Assembly (NCBI GenBank): GCA_965153285.1
Contig: OZ229118.1
Length of the DNA stretch: 64,000 nucleotides
Strand: one strand, 5' to 3'
From: Podarcis tiliguerta
Lineage: Eukaryota
Each line of letters begins with the position of its first letter. The first letter of the stretch is position 1. The notes under the pieces were generated by a model that was given only the letters and a program-made list of their open reading frames with translations, was not told the origin of the DNA and made no database searches. Of the stretch, positions 50,910 to 64,000 are shown piece after piece. The position numbers were made by a program, and so were the translations under genes.

Positions 50910-53900
50910 CATACCGCCCTGTCACAAAGCATCAGGGTGGTGTATGGCAACATAAAAACATTTAAAAGCAATACAAAATTGCATGTTGTAGGGCTGTGCT
51001 GAAAGAACATAAAGTTGTAGCAGCCCTGCAATGTAGTCCATTATTAATAATGCAGGTTGTAGGTGGGACTGAGAGTGGTTTGGAGTCCTTCCCCATATCT
51101 TTTAGGTTACAGAAATCTACTTAAATTGCCTCCTCGGTGCAAACAGCCAAGACACAGAAGCCTCGTGTCATATTGACTTGCATGCAAACTGGTTGCAATT
51201 TTTAAAAGTTCCAAATTTTTTAAAAATGTTTTTTTAAATGCATATGATGAATAACCCAAGATAGAATAGGGACTCCTTCTTTTGAGCATTACTTTTGTTT
51301 TTTCAACCCTCTTAGCTACAGACATAGGTAACCCATTAGGGATATACAGTAGCATTTCATTGCAGAACTTGCTACATTTCAGAAATGCATGCTTAAAGTA
51401 GTCTTAAGGCAGTGCTTGAATAGGCTGCAGAATGCTCCTGCACTAAGAGGTCTAGTATTGAGTCTTATTTATTTTATCCACTCAGAAATTCATAGCTAAA
51501 CCCTCCTTTTGTCATAGTAGAGCATCCTTGTGTTATTTCATTGAACGCTACCAAAGGAAGCAATCCACAAGGGGATATGTGATAGCTTCATTGTATCTGC
51601 TTCAGAGAGAAAAGTATGATCAACCAGAACTAACATCTTACCGAAAGAATAATAATACAAAAGCCAGCTAAGAGGCATGTATGTGGTGCCGATCAGTGTG
51701 TGTCTCCTCGGTCCTGCTGAATTCAATGGGGTTTGCTCCCAGGTTAGTGGGGTGAGAATTGCAGCTTTAAGAGTCCTCAGCACAGTTAACATACATTATC
51801 ATTGCAATCCTTGGAGAAATCCTGTAAGGTACGGTAGGTCACAGAAGTTAACTGGCCAGAATGGAAGTTCACACAGGAAAGTGTATTTTGGGGAGGAAGC
51901 CATTATGCATTGAATTTCCTTTTTCTGCACAACATTTAAAACAAGGAATGCTTCTAATCCAGAAGGGAATGCTCAAGAAAGAGTTTTAGGAAATAGCTGT
52001 TACATTGGGTAGTCCTCCAAACCATCGCCAATACATTCAGCAGACCATGGGCTTGCGAGGCCTACTTCATATTTTTTTTGCTGGAACCCTGAGGTCCATC
52101 AATCAGAGCAAACTAGTGGCTCAGATGGGTGAGCATACAGTAAGAATTAAGGAACTGGGCGAGGGGCCCCTCTGAGCACAAGCTGAGAATTAAGGGATGG
52201 ATGTTTGTGGCTATGTCTCCAAGCATGGGAACAGATTGATAATGGGGTAGGAAAGCTAAAAATAATGCTAATATATTTCACATCTGGCAACCAATGTGCC
52301 CCTTTGGTTTCAGACAGTACATGGGTAGAAGAGCCCAAAAAGCCCGGGACACAAATTATCATGGCCCTCTAGTGACTATAGTGGCTCATTAATCAGAAGT
52401 AATGTATTTAGCATTAACTCTGGAAGTGTTACTTGATTTTGACCAAACTAAGTCTCCTAGGAGGTTTTTGCTCTGCAAAGAAACAAACAAACACAGAGAC
52501 ATCACATTTGTGAGGGAAGACATGCATGTAGAAAACCAAAGAATAATATAAAGAAATAATGGAGCAGGAGAAGAATGGGGAAAAATAGGGAATAAGAAAG
52601 GGAGAAGCAAGGGTACAATAAATTAAATACTGACTTACGGTTGTTACAGCAGTAAAAAGTTGCCGCTTGAGGAAAAATAGTTAATTTGACAGAACATATA
52701 GCTATAATTCTCAGAAGAATATCCAACAGTCTCAGGAACTAAAAAACCCCAACTCCAGGCAAAGCTAAATATAAAAAATTAATTATGAAGGCAAATTCCT
52801 TCAAGGAAGTTTTTCTTTATGCCCGTAGGCAATATAATGTCACCCAAAAAAGGAAGTTTGACTTTTTGGTTTCTTGTCTTTTAAAATAAAACCAAATTCC
52901 TTCCAATCTTTCCAAAATGGAACAAGAAAAAATAAAATCAATTCACATTCCTTAAAACTAAAAAAAAGAAGAAGTGTGGATGAGCCCTTACCTAGCAAGC
53001 AAGTAAACATAAGTGAATACCTTGAGACTTAGCTCTGAGTAAACCTGCACCTCATCTCTAATTTCAATCTGGACTGAACAAAGCTCATCAAGAAGCTACA
53101 TAGACTGACCACAGAAGAGATCACACAGCCAGGGAATCATGACATGGAGCAAGGTTTCCAGTTGCTAACACTGAATGACTTGCTAGCTGACAACAAAGAG
53201 TGTAAATTCTTCAGCACACTGAAGGAGTTTTCCAGGTTTTAGCTGGATTTCCAAAAATACAGGAGACTTGAAAGTCTGGGAAACACAGTTCCTCAAGAAT
53301 TGTGGGGCTGGATGCATTCCATCACAGACTATGCCTCATGCTAAACAGGATTCCTCCCTTACACACTGATCATGCATGCTGATGGCTTAATATTCAGGGC
53401 CAGCACATCTCACAAACATTACTAGACATTACTGTGGGGCTAGGACTGCTGTCAGCTGCAGATGGAAACAAGTCCAAGTGTTAATTTCAATTAAATGAAA
53501 TCACTGTCTTTTTGAAGAACTGATTATGAATGGGGATGCTGCACTTAGCACAACAAAGCACAAAGCTATAACAGGAATATGGCAAAACCGCAAGACACAT
53601 TGGATTTTGTCAGGGTTTGCATATCCAGCTCTGAAACTTGGGCAACTCATCTAAGAAAACCCCTCCATAATTATAGAAAATAGATACAGATGCCAGTGCC
53701 TGAAATGAGAGTTGACAGGGTTAAACTTGTGTTTGTGTTTGTGCTGGTACTGCTGTTCTTGGTCCACAGATGCTTCAAATGGAACGTGGAAGGTGAGACT
53801 TAGGGTGGCAGCACAGATACATTTGGAAATAAAGTATGCTTGTATTCAATGCATCTTGCATGTAACATAAACACAAATGGCAAAGAGTTTCCAAGTTTCA

Positions 53901-53954
53901 TGCATCAGAATCTAATACCACTTGATGGCTTTATCTGTGGAATTATGTGGTAAC

Positions 53955-54300
53955 TCTCCCCATATGAACCAACCCGTAGCCTGAACTCAGGCCCTTCTTC
54001 ATGGCAACACAAGAGCGGACCTTTCCTGAAGTGGCTCTCCATTTGTGGAACGCTCTCCTCAGGGAGGCTCACCTAGCACCTTCATTATATATCTTTAGGC
54101 GCAAAGTAAAAACTTTTCTCTATAACCAGGCCTTCGGCCTTTTAGCTATCTGTTGACTTTTTAAAGTGGGTGGCTTGTTTTTAATGTTTCTCTTTCATTT
54201 TAATGCATCTACATTATTGCCTGTCTGTCCATCTGCTTGTTTGTTTGTAAGTTGCTTTAGGTTGCCCTGTGCAGGATAAAGTGACTAACAAATTCTAACA
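53955..54300 (+). mobile_element. L2-clade LINE 3' end
   Basis: Translates as YEPTRSL...VALHLWNALLREAHLAPSLYIFRRKVKTFLYNQAF, followed by a 3'UTR. Confidence 0.8.
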
Positions 54301-54862
54301 ACAGTGATGTCCCTAAGACAGTTGGGTGGTACCTTGTCTGCCTACTTCTGGCAACTCCTGCAGCCAAGCTGATGCCAAACAAATTGCTCTGCTTTCCACG
54401 TAAGTGAGGCTGAGACAGGGGTCTCATCTGGGCAGCCCAGGACCTGCATACAGACTGCCCAGGCCTGTACCCCGGGGAGGTCCCTTTGGTGCTGCTAATG
54501 CATGGTTGGCCTTCACCCCCCGAGGCCAACTCCACTGTCTCTCAAGACAGATGGATGCCAACAATAGTTTCAACTTATACCTGTGTCCAGTGTTGTCATA
54601 TATATGTTGTTGTTTTCTTTTATTGCTCACCAGGGTTGTAGGAAATGTATCTAAAACTGGGCAAGACTGATGGTCAAACTACATGTTACACTGCAACCAT
54701 GTATAATGTTTGTTCAAAGGTCCTTGTACCACTGCAACCCACCATTAGGAAATTAGGGAGGAGAGAGCACCTTGAGGTTGAAAAGGGGGAGGGTGAAGTG
54801 GGTGTGTAACTTTTCCTCTCCAATTGCTCTCCCCCTGAACACCTCTCCACAACTGCTTTCAC

Positions 54863-54997
54863 CCAGTGCCATTTTTCTAGAAAAAGAGGTGCTAGAACTC
54901 ACCATGAACTTCTCCCTTGTTCTCTTATAATGGCAATGGGGACCACCCAAGAGGTGTCAGAACTCAGTTCCCGTGAGTTCCTGCTGAAAAGAAGCCC
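54863..54997. mobile_element. Short MITE-like repeat
   Basis: cagtgccatttttctagaaaaagaggtgctagaactc with an internal repeat gaggtgtcagaactc. Confidence 0.45.
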
Positions 54998-56103
54998 CCC
55001 TGCTTTTACCTCCACCGGTATTCTAGATCTAGATCTGACCTCTCAAACACATCTGGAACAACACAGGAAGGAGAGGATTTTATTGGAAATGCACCTGGCA
55101 AGAGAAGGCTAAGCATGTTCTCATCAGAAAACACCAGCAAACTATTTTTGCAGCTTTCCCAGCGGAAATATGGCAAATGATTTCCTTAGTGTCTTCAGCA
55201 GAAGGCAGCAGTGAGCAACTCAGTGATTTATTTGCCTTTGTCTTTCAGGACCAGTTCACAAACTCACCCAACTGGAGTTCCTGTCAATGAGGTGGAGAAG
55301 TGTGCTAACAGCCCTAGCACTGCATATAGAAGGTACTATTTCCTTAATCCTTCCGGCATTTAGCAAAGGTGGTACTTTTACAGCAGGCCTTTGGGGGGCC
55401 TTATGACTGTTCTCAGTAACTATTTTATGGCTGTTGAAACTTGATTGCTGCTAGTTCGCTGTGGATTTTATCTTGCTGTTACTTTATTTTTGTTTAAAAT
55501 TTATATTGGAGTTTAATGGACCAGTGCTTGCTGCTTTGTGGATTTTCAGGTGGAAAGCAAGTTAAAAGCAAGTTAAAATAACATGTGATGCAGAGATCTA
55601 GTCCTGATTCACACAAGAAAATTTAGACAAGAATGGGAGTTCATACATATTGAGACTAAGTGCCTAATGCCCACATCACAACTACTTTAAATGCCCAGTG
55701 ACAGAAAGGATTCTTTCTTCCACTCCATAGGAATAATTTCCAGCTGCGTAGTGAACCAACCCTTTCCTCTTTTACTTCCCAACTAGTAAAAAAAAGAAGG
55801 TAGGCAATTCAAACACCAGCTAGCATTTAAGGGCATTTTATCTTAGTGCATGCATTTCTAAGTGCTTTTGTCCTAAAATGTGTTTTCTCTCTTTTTTGTG
55901 TGCATTTTGGTATGTTTCCAGCTGAGATTCTTTTGCAAAGTTTGGAGAAGTGTGAACTTGGAAGAATAATTTTCTTTCTGATCTTTGTATTAGCTCAGGT
56001 ACAAATTGGGTCAATTTGCTTAAAAATATGGACCAAATTAAACTGGCTTTCCTCTCTAGGTCCAACAACATCTGGAGGGCCACAAATCCCCCAGCCCTGC
56101 TGC

Positions 56104-56504
56104 AAGGACTGTTCTTCAGTCACCACCCTTCGCTCACTGCGGGGAGGTGATGGCGTTCCTCCCCCCCCCACACACATCCTCTTCACATCCTCTTAACCCC
56201 TTTTTACCAATGCCTACCACCAATGCTGAAGAGTTGTGACGAGTTGCTACGAGGTAGGCGAAAAACCAAATGGCTAAAAATTGCCAATTGGGAAAAATTC
56301 CTACTATGCCCCTTGCGGCGACAGACCGAAGTCCATAGCAAAGTCAGAGACCTACCTAAAGCCTACCTAAAGGGAGGGAGGGAGGGAAAACGTGGAGGCT
56401 AGCCGGCGAAAAGAAGGCGAGCCCCCTCTGCGCCGGCCCTAAATAGGGCAGGCCACGTCCCCCTAGCCAGCCGATTGGCTGGCTGGGGGGGGGCAGACAC
56501 GGCC
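56104..56504 (-). mobile_element. CpG-rich terminal-repeat-like element (possibly DIRS/Ngaro or LTR fragment)
   Basis: Abrupt CpG-rich island carrying a CCAAT palindrome, a TATA-like/CArG box and a structured downstream domain; class not established. Confidence 0.4.
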
Positions 56505-57719
56505 ATGAGTGTGCCTCTTTTGGAGGCTTCCTCCATGTTTCTCCAAAGTTGGCTATCCACGTTTACCATGGAAGCTCTGGTCCCCAGTCACAGTCAGACA
56601 AGCCTAAGAAGCTTGCAAATGGGAAAGGAATCCACAGAATCTTGCAATCAACAAGAAACCCTTGAAATTTGGCAGGCTGGCAGTAGAGAGGAACTTGGAA
56701 CTATACACAAGGATGTCTTGTTATGCACTTCTGTTTATTTATTTGCTTATATGCATTTATAGCCAGCCATTCCTTCATGCTGTCCAAACCCAGGACTGTG
56801 GTCTCCTCCTTAACCATCATCTGCAGCCAAGAACAAACCTTGGTTACAGACAGTGATTAAGGATGAAAGAGCTTAACCACAATCCTGGGTTCAGAAGACA
56901 TGCTAAGCTGCTGCGCTGCACTGAGCTAAAAGGACCAGGGAGGCTACAGTGTCCTCCCTAGGCATTAGCACATTTGTTACATGAGAATACGACCAATAGG
57001 TAAGGAGCACAGAGGTGCAGCATCATTGGCACCTGACAGATCAGTTCCAAAGTCATCACCAAAAAGAGCAACAAATAACAACCTAGTTCCATAAGCTCAC
57101 TGAAATAGGCCATGTCAACATGAATGTCAGATTCATTACAAGAGCAGTTTGAGGACCAACAGAAAGAAGGATGCACTGACAACCGCCATGCAGAAAACTG
57201 AAGCTAACAATAAGACATCTCAAAAGGCAGTGTATGTACAAGAAGGCTGATGTGAGTAACGTGAGGCATTTCATGCGTGTGAAAACATCACTAGGCATAA
57301 AAGCAGCCTAGTGGTCACCTTGCAGATCAAGTTCATCTGGAGGCATATATATACACTTATTTCTCTGCCTGCCAAAAAGTTATGGGAAGTTGGGTGTTCT
57401 TCTGTGAATTATACTAGAAAATCTTGATGACGGGGAAAGAATCTGGTTGTAGATCAAACATAGGAGTCACAGTGGGCGATAACTAATACAGCCTACACAC
57501 ATAACGTCTAGTATACATGAACTCAGATTGCATTGTCAATGATCAAATTTTCTCTAGGTTATTGACTCTGCATGCAGCTAACATTCAAACATTATAGCTT
57601 CAAAATGACATCCAAGAATGTCAGAGATGGGACTGGCATGCTGCGTGGGCAGGGAGGGTCCGTGACCCCATGCTGCCCCCTTTTTAAAAAAATTGTGACA
57701 CAACGAAACAATTGCTCGT

Positions 57720-57872
57720 GATACTAGATCTCAAGGTCATCCAAAGGAATTGTTTAGCAACATGTTAAGGATAGAGAAAAGGAAATATGTATTCACACAA
57801 TGCCTAATTAATTGATGGAATTCACTGCAACAGGATATGATTAAGTTGGACGACTTTTAAAAAGTCTGGAAT
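57720..57872 (+). mobile_element. CR1 ORF2 3' fragment
   Basis: Resembles TRGH...KRKY.FTQ...WNSL...FKKSL. Confidence 0.65.
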
Positions 57873-58766
57873 CATAGTAAACCAACTGAAATTTTAATAA
57901 CTATATATTTGAGGTAGTGTTTTCAGAACGGTAAAGAAAAGAATTTCTCTCTCAGTCCTGGGAATAAAATTAATGCACTTGTCAGTTGGAAATAAGAGAA
58001 AATATCTGTGTGTAAGTCCCCATTTCGTGTCCAAATATGCAGAACAAAGACACTAAATCAGCTACAAATATTTGAGATGTAGAACAAAAACACTATAAAA
58101 ACAGAATCTCAAGGGGATTCTTGTTATTTCTCCTACTCTCTCACATACCTCTAATTTCAAACAAGGCAGCTGCATTTTCTGTAGTCTTTATAGTGGCAGC
58201 ATCCTCATAGCCACATGGGGGTAGATTCATGGTTTTATTATATTTCTCTTCACCCATAGAGAATTCTATTTTGCTCCTGCCTCTCTTCTTCTCATACTCA
58301 CCGACTCCTGACAGCATTCTCTATTCCAAATGTTTGATTTTCTCTTAGGCACACAAGATCTCTTCCACTGCACCCATTTTTCTTCCACAGTTACACGTTT
58401 ATATTGAAGAAATCAAACATTTTACCATTTTCTCTCTCTCTCAAAAAGAGACACGCTTAATGACTTCTAAGCAGACATCTTTCTTGTAGTTATTTTAGGA
58501 TTAAAAAAGAACCTAACATATGGTGTCACAGAAAACCCATCGGTATTTATCGCCAGCAACTTTGCCACTCACAAATCAGGCTGCCCAGAAATGTAAATAC
58601 TCTGCCTGTGTGAACAAGGTTTCTCTTATACAAATCTCTTACAACAGCTTCACTTTTTCAGCTGTGTCCTATGTCTCAAGGTCATCCAGAGCCCCACTAA
58701 CACAGCAGTCATAACGTGTGACACTACTTTGGATTTGTGGGCTTGGGCACCAGAAGAAACTGAGTA

Positions 58767-59008
58767 CAGTGGTATCTCGGGTTACAAACACCCTGAGTTA
58801 CAAACACTTTGGGTTACAGACTCCGCTAACCCGGAAGTAGTACCTCGGGTTGCGAACTTTGCTTCAGGATGAGAACAGAAATCGTGGTGTGGTGGTGCCG
58901 CGGCAGCGGGAGGCCCCATTAGCTAAAGTGGTGCTTCAGGTTAAGAACAGTTTCAGGTTAAGAACAGACCTCCGGAACGCATTAAGTTCTTAACCAGAGG
59001 TACCACTG
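58767..59008. mobile_element. Tigger-like Tc1/mariner MITE
   Basis: CAGTGGTATCTCGGGTTA / AGAGGTACCACTG TIRs, TA TSD on both sides. Confidence 0.92.
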
Positions 59009-59637
59009 TACCATGCACCTTCTACACCCCTGCCCCAAAGTATGCATATCCACCAGTGGTCCTGATTTTATAAGTGTGTTCAGAAACCAGCAGTTCTCTC
59101 CCCCTGCTGTGTCAGAAGCCGCTTGCACAATTGCACTGAATTGTCACCTAATGCCCTTGCTTAGTAGTCCAGCTCTGAATTTTCTATGCAAAAAGATACA
59201 AACCAACTAGGACTGAATTCTCACATTGTTCCCACTAGCTGGCCTGGTCCATCTCTTTTATTGTTAAGCTTCATTTTACCATTAGGCCCCAGATTTGCTT
59301 TACTGCACCCATCCACCATATTGCTATCCTTCTGCTTCTTCAGATGAAACTAAAACTCACAATCCTGGAACCCTGTGACTTCTCAGTGGTGTCTGTAAGC
59401 TCTCCTTCTCCCCTCCCCAATTTTTTTTTGACACATCACAACAAATCCAATGGGTTGCTTATCACTACAGTAATGCAACTGCACGTACTAGTAGGGGGAA
59501 GGGGGGAGCAAAAAACTCTGACCTCACAGTTCCAGAGGAGGGATGTCTGTACATGTTTGCTGCTAAAATACTGTGGGCCAAGTCTCAATTGAAACAAAAT
59601 GGGACTTGGTTGTTTTTGGGAACATACCCCCCTAAGC

Positions 59638-59864
59638 CGGGTATGTCCAAAGTCCATTCTGGGTGCCTAATGTGGCCTGCCAGTTGGTTTAATCCGGCCC
59701 CTGTGGCAGTTTATTTCCTTAACAACTTCAATCCTAAAAATTAGTTCTTCTACAACTTCAATCCTAAAAAAAAGTGACCAACTTTGGTTGGCCCTTCGGT
59801 CGGCCCTCACGGCCCTTCACTTCATCAAATCTGGCCCTCTTTGAAAAAAGTTTGGACACCACTG
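59638..59864. mobile_element. hAT (Charlie-like) MITE
   Basis: cgggtatgtccaaa / tttggacaccactg TIRs, perfect 8-bp TSD ccctaagc, internal duplication acaacttcaatcctaaaaa. Confidence 0.85.
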
Positions 59865-60082
59865 CCCTAAGCCAAAGGGAGCAGAGAAAATGGAGAAAGA
59901 GACTGTGCACGCTGTATGTCCAGCACGTAAGAGGAAAAGGGAGATCTTGATGGATATACACTCCACTTCCACACCCTTTTGCAGCTCAGGTGTAAGACAG
60001 CAGGAAATCTCCATCACTTTACTGAAGAAGATGCACACCTATGATCCAAAACTGTTAATTATACAGAGGTATATAGTCACAG

Positions 60083-60439
60083 GGGATGCAGGTGGCGCTG
60101 TGGGTTAAAGCCTCAGCACCTAGGACTTGCCGATCGCATGGTCGGCGGTTCGAATCCCCGCGGCAGGGTGCGCTCCCGCTGTTCGGTCCCAGCGCCTGCC
60201 AACCTAGCAGTTCAAAAGCACTCCCGGGTGCAAGTAGATAAATAGGGACCGCTTACCAGCAGGAAGGTAAACGGCGTTCCGTGTGCGGCTCTGGCTCGCC
60301 AGAGCAGCGATGTCACGCTGGCCACGTGACCCGGAAGTGTCTCCAGACAGCGCTGGCCCCCGGCCTATAGAGTGAGATGGGCGCACAACCCTAGAGTCTG
60401 GCAAGACTGGCCTGAACGGGCAGGGGTACCTTTACCTTT
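60083..60439 (+). mobile_element. Full-length Sauria (POM-type) SINE
   Basis: tRNA head, B box ggttcgaatcc, (ACCTTT)2 tail, TSD tatatagtcacag. Confidence 0.95.
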
Positions 60440-61439
60440 ATATAGTCACAGAAGTTAATGCCTATGGTGTGGCTGCAGTGCAATACTAATAGTAAAGACC
60501 TTGTTAACAGACCATTCATAACACAAGGAGGGCATAGACACAGCAGCATTGCTTGGTCACATGCATGAGTCAATATACACAGAGCTCTTTAAGAGCGTTG
60601 ACTGTCTTGTGTACACCAAGCAGGACTTGCTTTCAATGGTGCCCCCTGATACCCAGCACCTCTGCTGAAAAAAAACACAGGCACAGGACCTGTCTAGTGT
60701 TCATTATAACACAACTGGGATTAGCATAAAACACTGCACTTGAAGCATTAGAGTCTGTATTTTCTATGGATTATGTTCTTTACAGCACTGGTGGCAGAGG
60801 TTTGGCAATGCAAATAATACTTATTGCAGGCTTTCAGCTGAGAAATGAGTCATGACCACTGCACTCCAGAGAAACAATATTCAGTAGGAGATTAGACAAC
60901 TTCTACCACCTTTTGTGCATGAAGGAATAATGCACCCTTTTTCTTTTTTTTTAGTTTCTCTCACTAGACCACCAATTTAACACCCTGCCAACTGTCCAAT
61001 TACTCCTATTCACGGTGAGTTAAATGGGTTTCTCTCCAGCCATACACACCTTTCTTTTCTTTTAGTATAATTAATGAAGCTCATCAAAGCCGAGAAAACA
61101 AGCCAGAGCACCAGCTACTCACTGACATGTTAACATGAAGGTTGTGTGCTACTGATCTCTCTGCAGGGTGTTCATGTTGCTAACATGGCATACAAAACAG
61201 TGCCAAGTGCCATATGCATAAGTGCCATAAGGTGTTCTGATAAGCTATCAACATAGATGGGACTGGAACTCTAGCATGTCCCATATAAGATTGCTACTAT
61301 CTGACCAGTATATAATCACAGCATTGTTTCTGGGGCTTTACTTCATTCTGGCTCCATTCATTTTTAAAAAATCCCATTACTCTGACAATAGTCATAGTGG
61401 CATTGGCGTGTGTCCCTTTAGGCATGCCCACTAAGGATT

Positions 61440-61445
<6 letters not shown>

Positions 61446-61476
<31 letters not shown>

Positions 61477-61486
61477 CCTCCCTCCC
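61446..61486. repeat. (CT)n + (CCCT)n microsatellite
   Basis: Direct tandem repeat. Confidence 0.9.
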
Positions 61487-62674
61487 TACTTTAGTATCAT
61501 AGATGTGCAGGGCACAACAAAGAATCAGAGAATGAAGGTTTCAATAATGCACACAGTGTGGGGTCTTGCACATTTCTTTGTGGACTGTGTGCCCTGCACA
61601 ATACCACAGAAGCAGCGCAGGCTGTGTTGTTGGTAGGAACAATTATGCAATTTTCAATCAGCCAAATGAAGAGCAACAGGTTTTTGACACATAAAGAGAG
61701 GCTCCCTTCCTTCCCCGCAAACAACTGCACAGCTAAGCAACTATTGATTCTAGATCAGGCATAGTGGTAAAGAATGAACTCTCTTGCATTGCTCTGTAGC
61801 AGCCTTCTCCAATCCTCCAAATGTTTTGGGCTACAACTCCTGGCTGTGCTGGCTGGGGCTAATGGGGGCTGCTGCCCCCCAAAAAATCTGGAGGGCACCA
61901 GTTTGGGGAAGGCTTCTCTGTAGGAATAATGGCCTCTATGTAGCTTTTAATCTGGCAGCTCTAAAATACATACAGCACTAGTTTATTGTGAGAGTACAGG
62001 TTAGAAGAAATGTACAGTAAAGCACAATAAAATATATTAACCATGCAGTGATATGCCCCCATTTTGGAGACAGTTTCAAAAAGAAGAAAGGAGGGTATTT
62101 TTTCCTCTTTTCCTATTATTGTTTCTATAAAGGACAGAATAAAAGTAAGGTAAGAGATTCTAGCCATCCTTGATTCTCTTTGTTTCCTGATGTAGGGAGA
62201 AGAGGACAGAAAGTGCTTTGTGACTTTAGCTCTATGTTATCAGCAGATCTTTTCCCATCATTGTGAGGAACAATTATTCCTGACTGCATAGGGAGGTCAA
62301 TCAACAAAAAAATTTCAGGAAAACAGTAAGAGAAAGAAGGGGAAATACATTCCAGATGGAAGACTACTGTTTTACCTTTCCCACCTAAGCCAATCTTTTC
62401 TCTTGTGTGCCTCTAAATTGGCCCACTGGGACTGGAAAGATCTTTCAATATGGAAACATTAGGGTTCTATTTCTGCTCAGGTCATTTGAAGGTGAGCTAA
62501 ATGAGATATTGGGGCAGAGGGTTATGAGGTACAAGTATGGTTTCTTTCTTGAGCTTGTATCAACATTTTACCTTGAAATCAAGGGTTGTTTTTTAAATAC
62601 CATCTTTTAACTTGTCAGGAACACGAAGCTTGCCCTGTTTGGCCATACTCAGAAAAATAAAAAAGGTTTTAAGT

Positions 62675-63038
62675 CAGGGTGGGGAATATCAGTCCCAGGG
62701 ACCTAATGTGCCCCCCTCCAAGCTCTTTATCTGCCTCTCAGCACTCTCCTTCCTTCCTTGGCCACGTCCTTCACCAGGCCTGCTCTGAGCACTCCCCAAG
62801 TGCTTTTGCCTGGCTGGAATGTGTCCTTGATCTGTGTTCGTGCTCCTTGCTTGCTTGGCTGGAGAGAGGAGTGTAGTGGGTATACACACTTCTGTGTGGT
62901 TGGAATGTGGCCTAGTGTACACAGGTAGAAGTCACATCCATTGCTCTGCCCACTTTCTTCTCCAGCCCTGCCCACTGCCGGCATACAGGCCTTGTAACAT
63001 TGCTATCAGGCTGAAAAAAAGAGGTTCTCTACCCACAG
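62675..63038. mobile_element. hAT (Charlie-like) non-autonomous element
   Basis: cagggtggggaa start; homologous to 15968-16568. Confidence 0.7.
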
Positions 63039-63039
63039 A

Positions 63040-63411
63040 GATGATTGGAAGATTTGGGGGCAGACAAATGAAAATGCTCCAAATCTTCGGCACAGAGTTC
63101 AACTATGGAATTTTCTTCCACAATATGCATTAATGGCCACCAATTTGGATGACTTTAAAAGAGGATTTGGCAAAAAACCATGGGGGATAAGGCTATCAGC
63201 TATGGCTATGGCTATGCTCTATGTCCACTACCAGAAACACCAATGTGCATCTGAATGCTAGCTGCTGAGAATCACAAGCGAGAAGAGTGCTGTTGCCCTT
63301 AGGTGCCGCTTGTGGGCTTCCCGTAGTCACTGGGCTGGACACTTTGAGAACTGGATGCTGATGTTGGCGGGCCATTGGTCTGATCAAACTGCACCCCTCT
63401 TATGTTCTTAT
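63040..63411 (+). mobile_element. CR1 LINE 3' end
   Basis: ctatggaattttcttccac...ttggatgactttaaaagaggatt, 3'UTR ggccattggtctgatc, tail cttatgttcttat. Confidence 0.8.
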
Positions 63412-64000
63412 TTCACAGATGAGACTACAGTATTCTACAATGGAGCAAATAACTACAATGTGGGGGTAGGTGCTTCTTCACTTTCACAGCTGTGGTCTCT
63501 AAGGTGATGGACTGCACAATGAACAATGACGTGGAGGAGGACTTGTACATGGATGAGGACAGGAGCACCAATAGCCTCACAATCCACCTTGTACAGACAG
63601 CAACTAGTGGCTTTTCTTTTGGAATCTGCCATGAGCAGAGGATGGCGGTTGTCCTTTATGGGCAAATAAGGTGGACAGGTAAAGGAGATGACAAGAGCTC
63701 CTGCTTTTAATAGTTGTGGAGAGAGGAAATTTCAGCAGGTGTAGCTTGTAGCTCAAGCTAAATATTAATCCAAATATTAAAGGTGCAGGAGCCCTTCGCC
63801 CTTTTTCATTTGGCCACACTACTGGCACCTAGTAAACACATGACATTGCACATCATTGCCCCATGGACACATGAATTGCCAGCCTTTGCCTCACAGCTAG
63901 CTCAGGAAAATTATTTACTGTTCTGATATTGTAAAAGTGGTTTGTGCTAGCATTAACAAGAGGCCATCCATTAGCAAGTCCATAGCAACTTTCCACTCCT

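Noticed and set aside
53971-53986. aacccgtag, resembling the miR-99/100 5' end
   Set aside because: Lies inside an L2 LINE fragment and diverges after 9 nt.
56225-56265. ctgaagag...cgaaa hammerhead-like core
   Set aside because: I could not build stems I-III around the core, so no ribozyme is called.
61236-61247. tctgataagcta, the reverse complement of the first 12 nt of miR-21
   Set aside because: The match stops at 12 nt and there is no precursor hairpin; consistent with chance.
63490-63710. Plus-strand exon-like ORF (VMDCTMNNDVEEDLYMDEDRS...)
   Set aside because: Plausible acceptor but no recognisable homology or partner exons; unsupported.

Overview
Vertebrate (squamate) genomic DNA, most likely a lacertid lizard, judged from Sauria/POM-type SINEs with (ACCTTT)n tails, Squam3-like SINEs, CR1 and L2 LINE remnants, and Tc1/mariner and hAT MITEs. 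I found no recognisable host protein-coding exon, rRNA, tRNA or miRNA. The window reads as intronic or intergenic DNA with dense, often nested transposon insertions, microsatellites, two N gaps and several repeat-poor stretches that look regulatory. Most ORFs in the track are noise. The standout is a pair of 435-bp solo LTRs (30409-30843 and 37474-37908, opposite orientation, TG...CA ends, perfect 5-bp TSDs). They are only about 80% identical, yet both keep the same indel-free 109-codon reading frame. Its arginine-rich C-terminus shows an excess of synonymous changes, and it is followed directly by a hairpin with a compensatory base-pair change. This suggests an LTR-encoded accessory protein plus a cognate RNA element. 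Family names are assigned from sequence recognition, not database searches.
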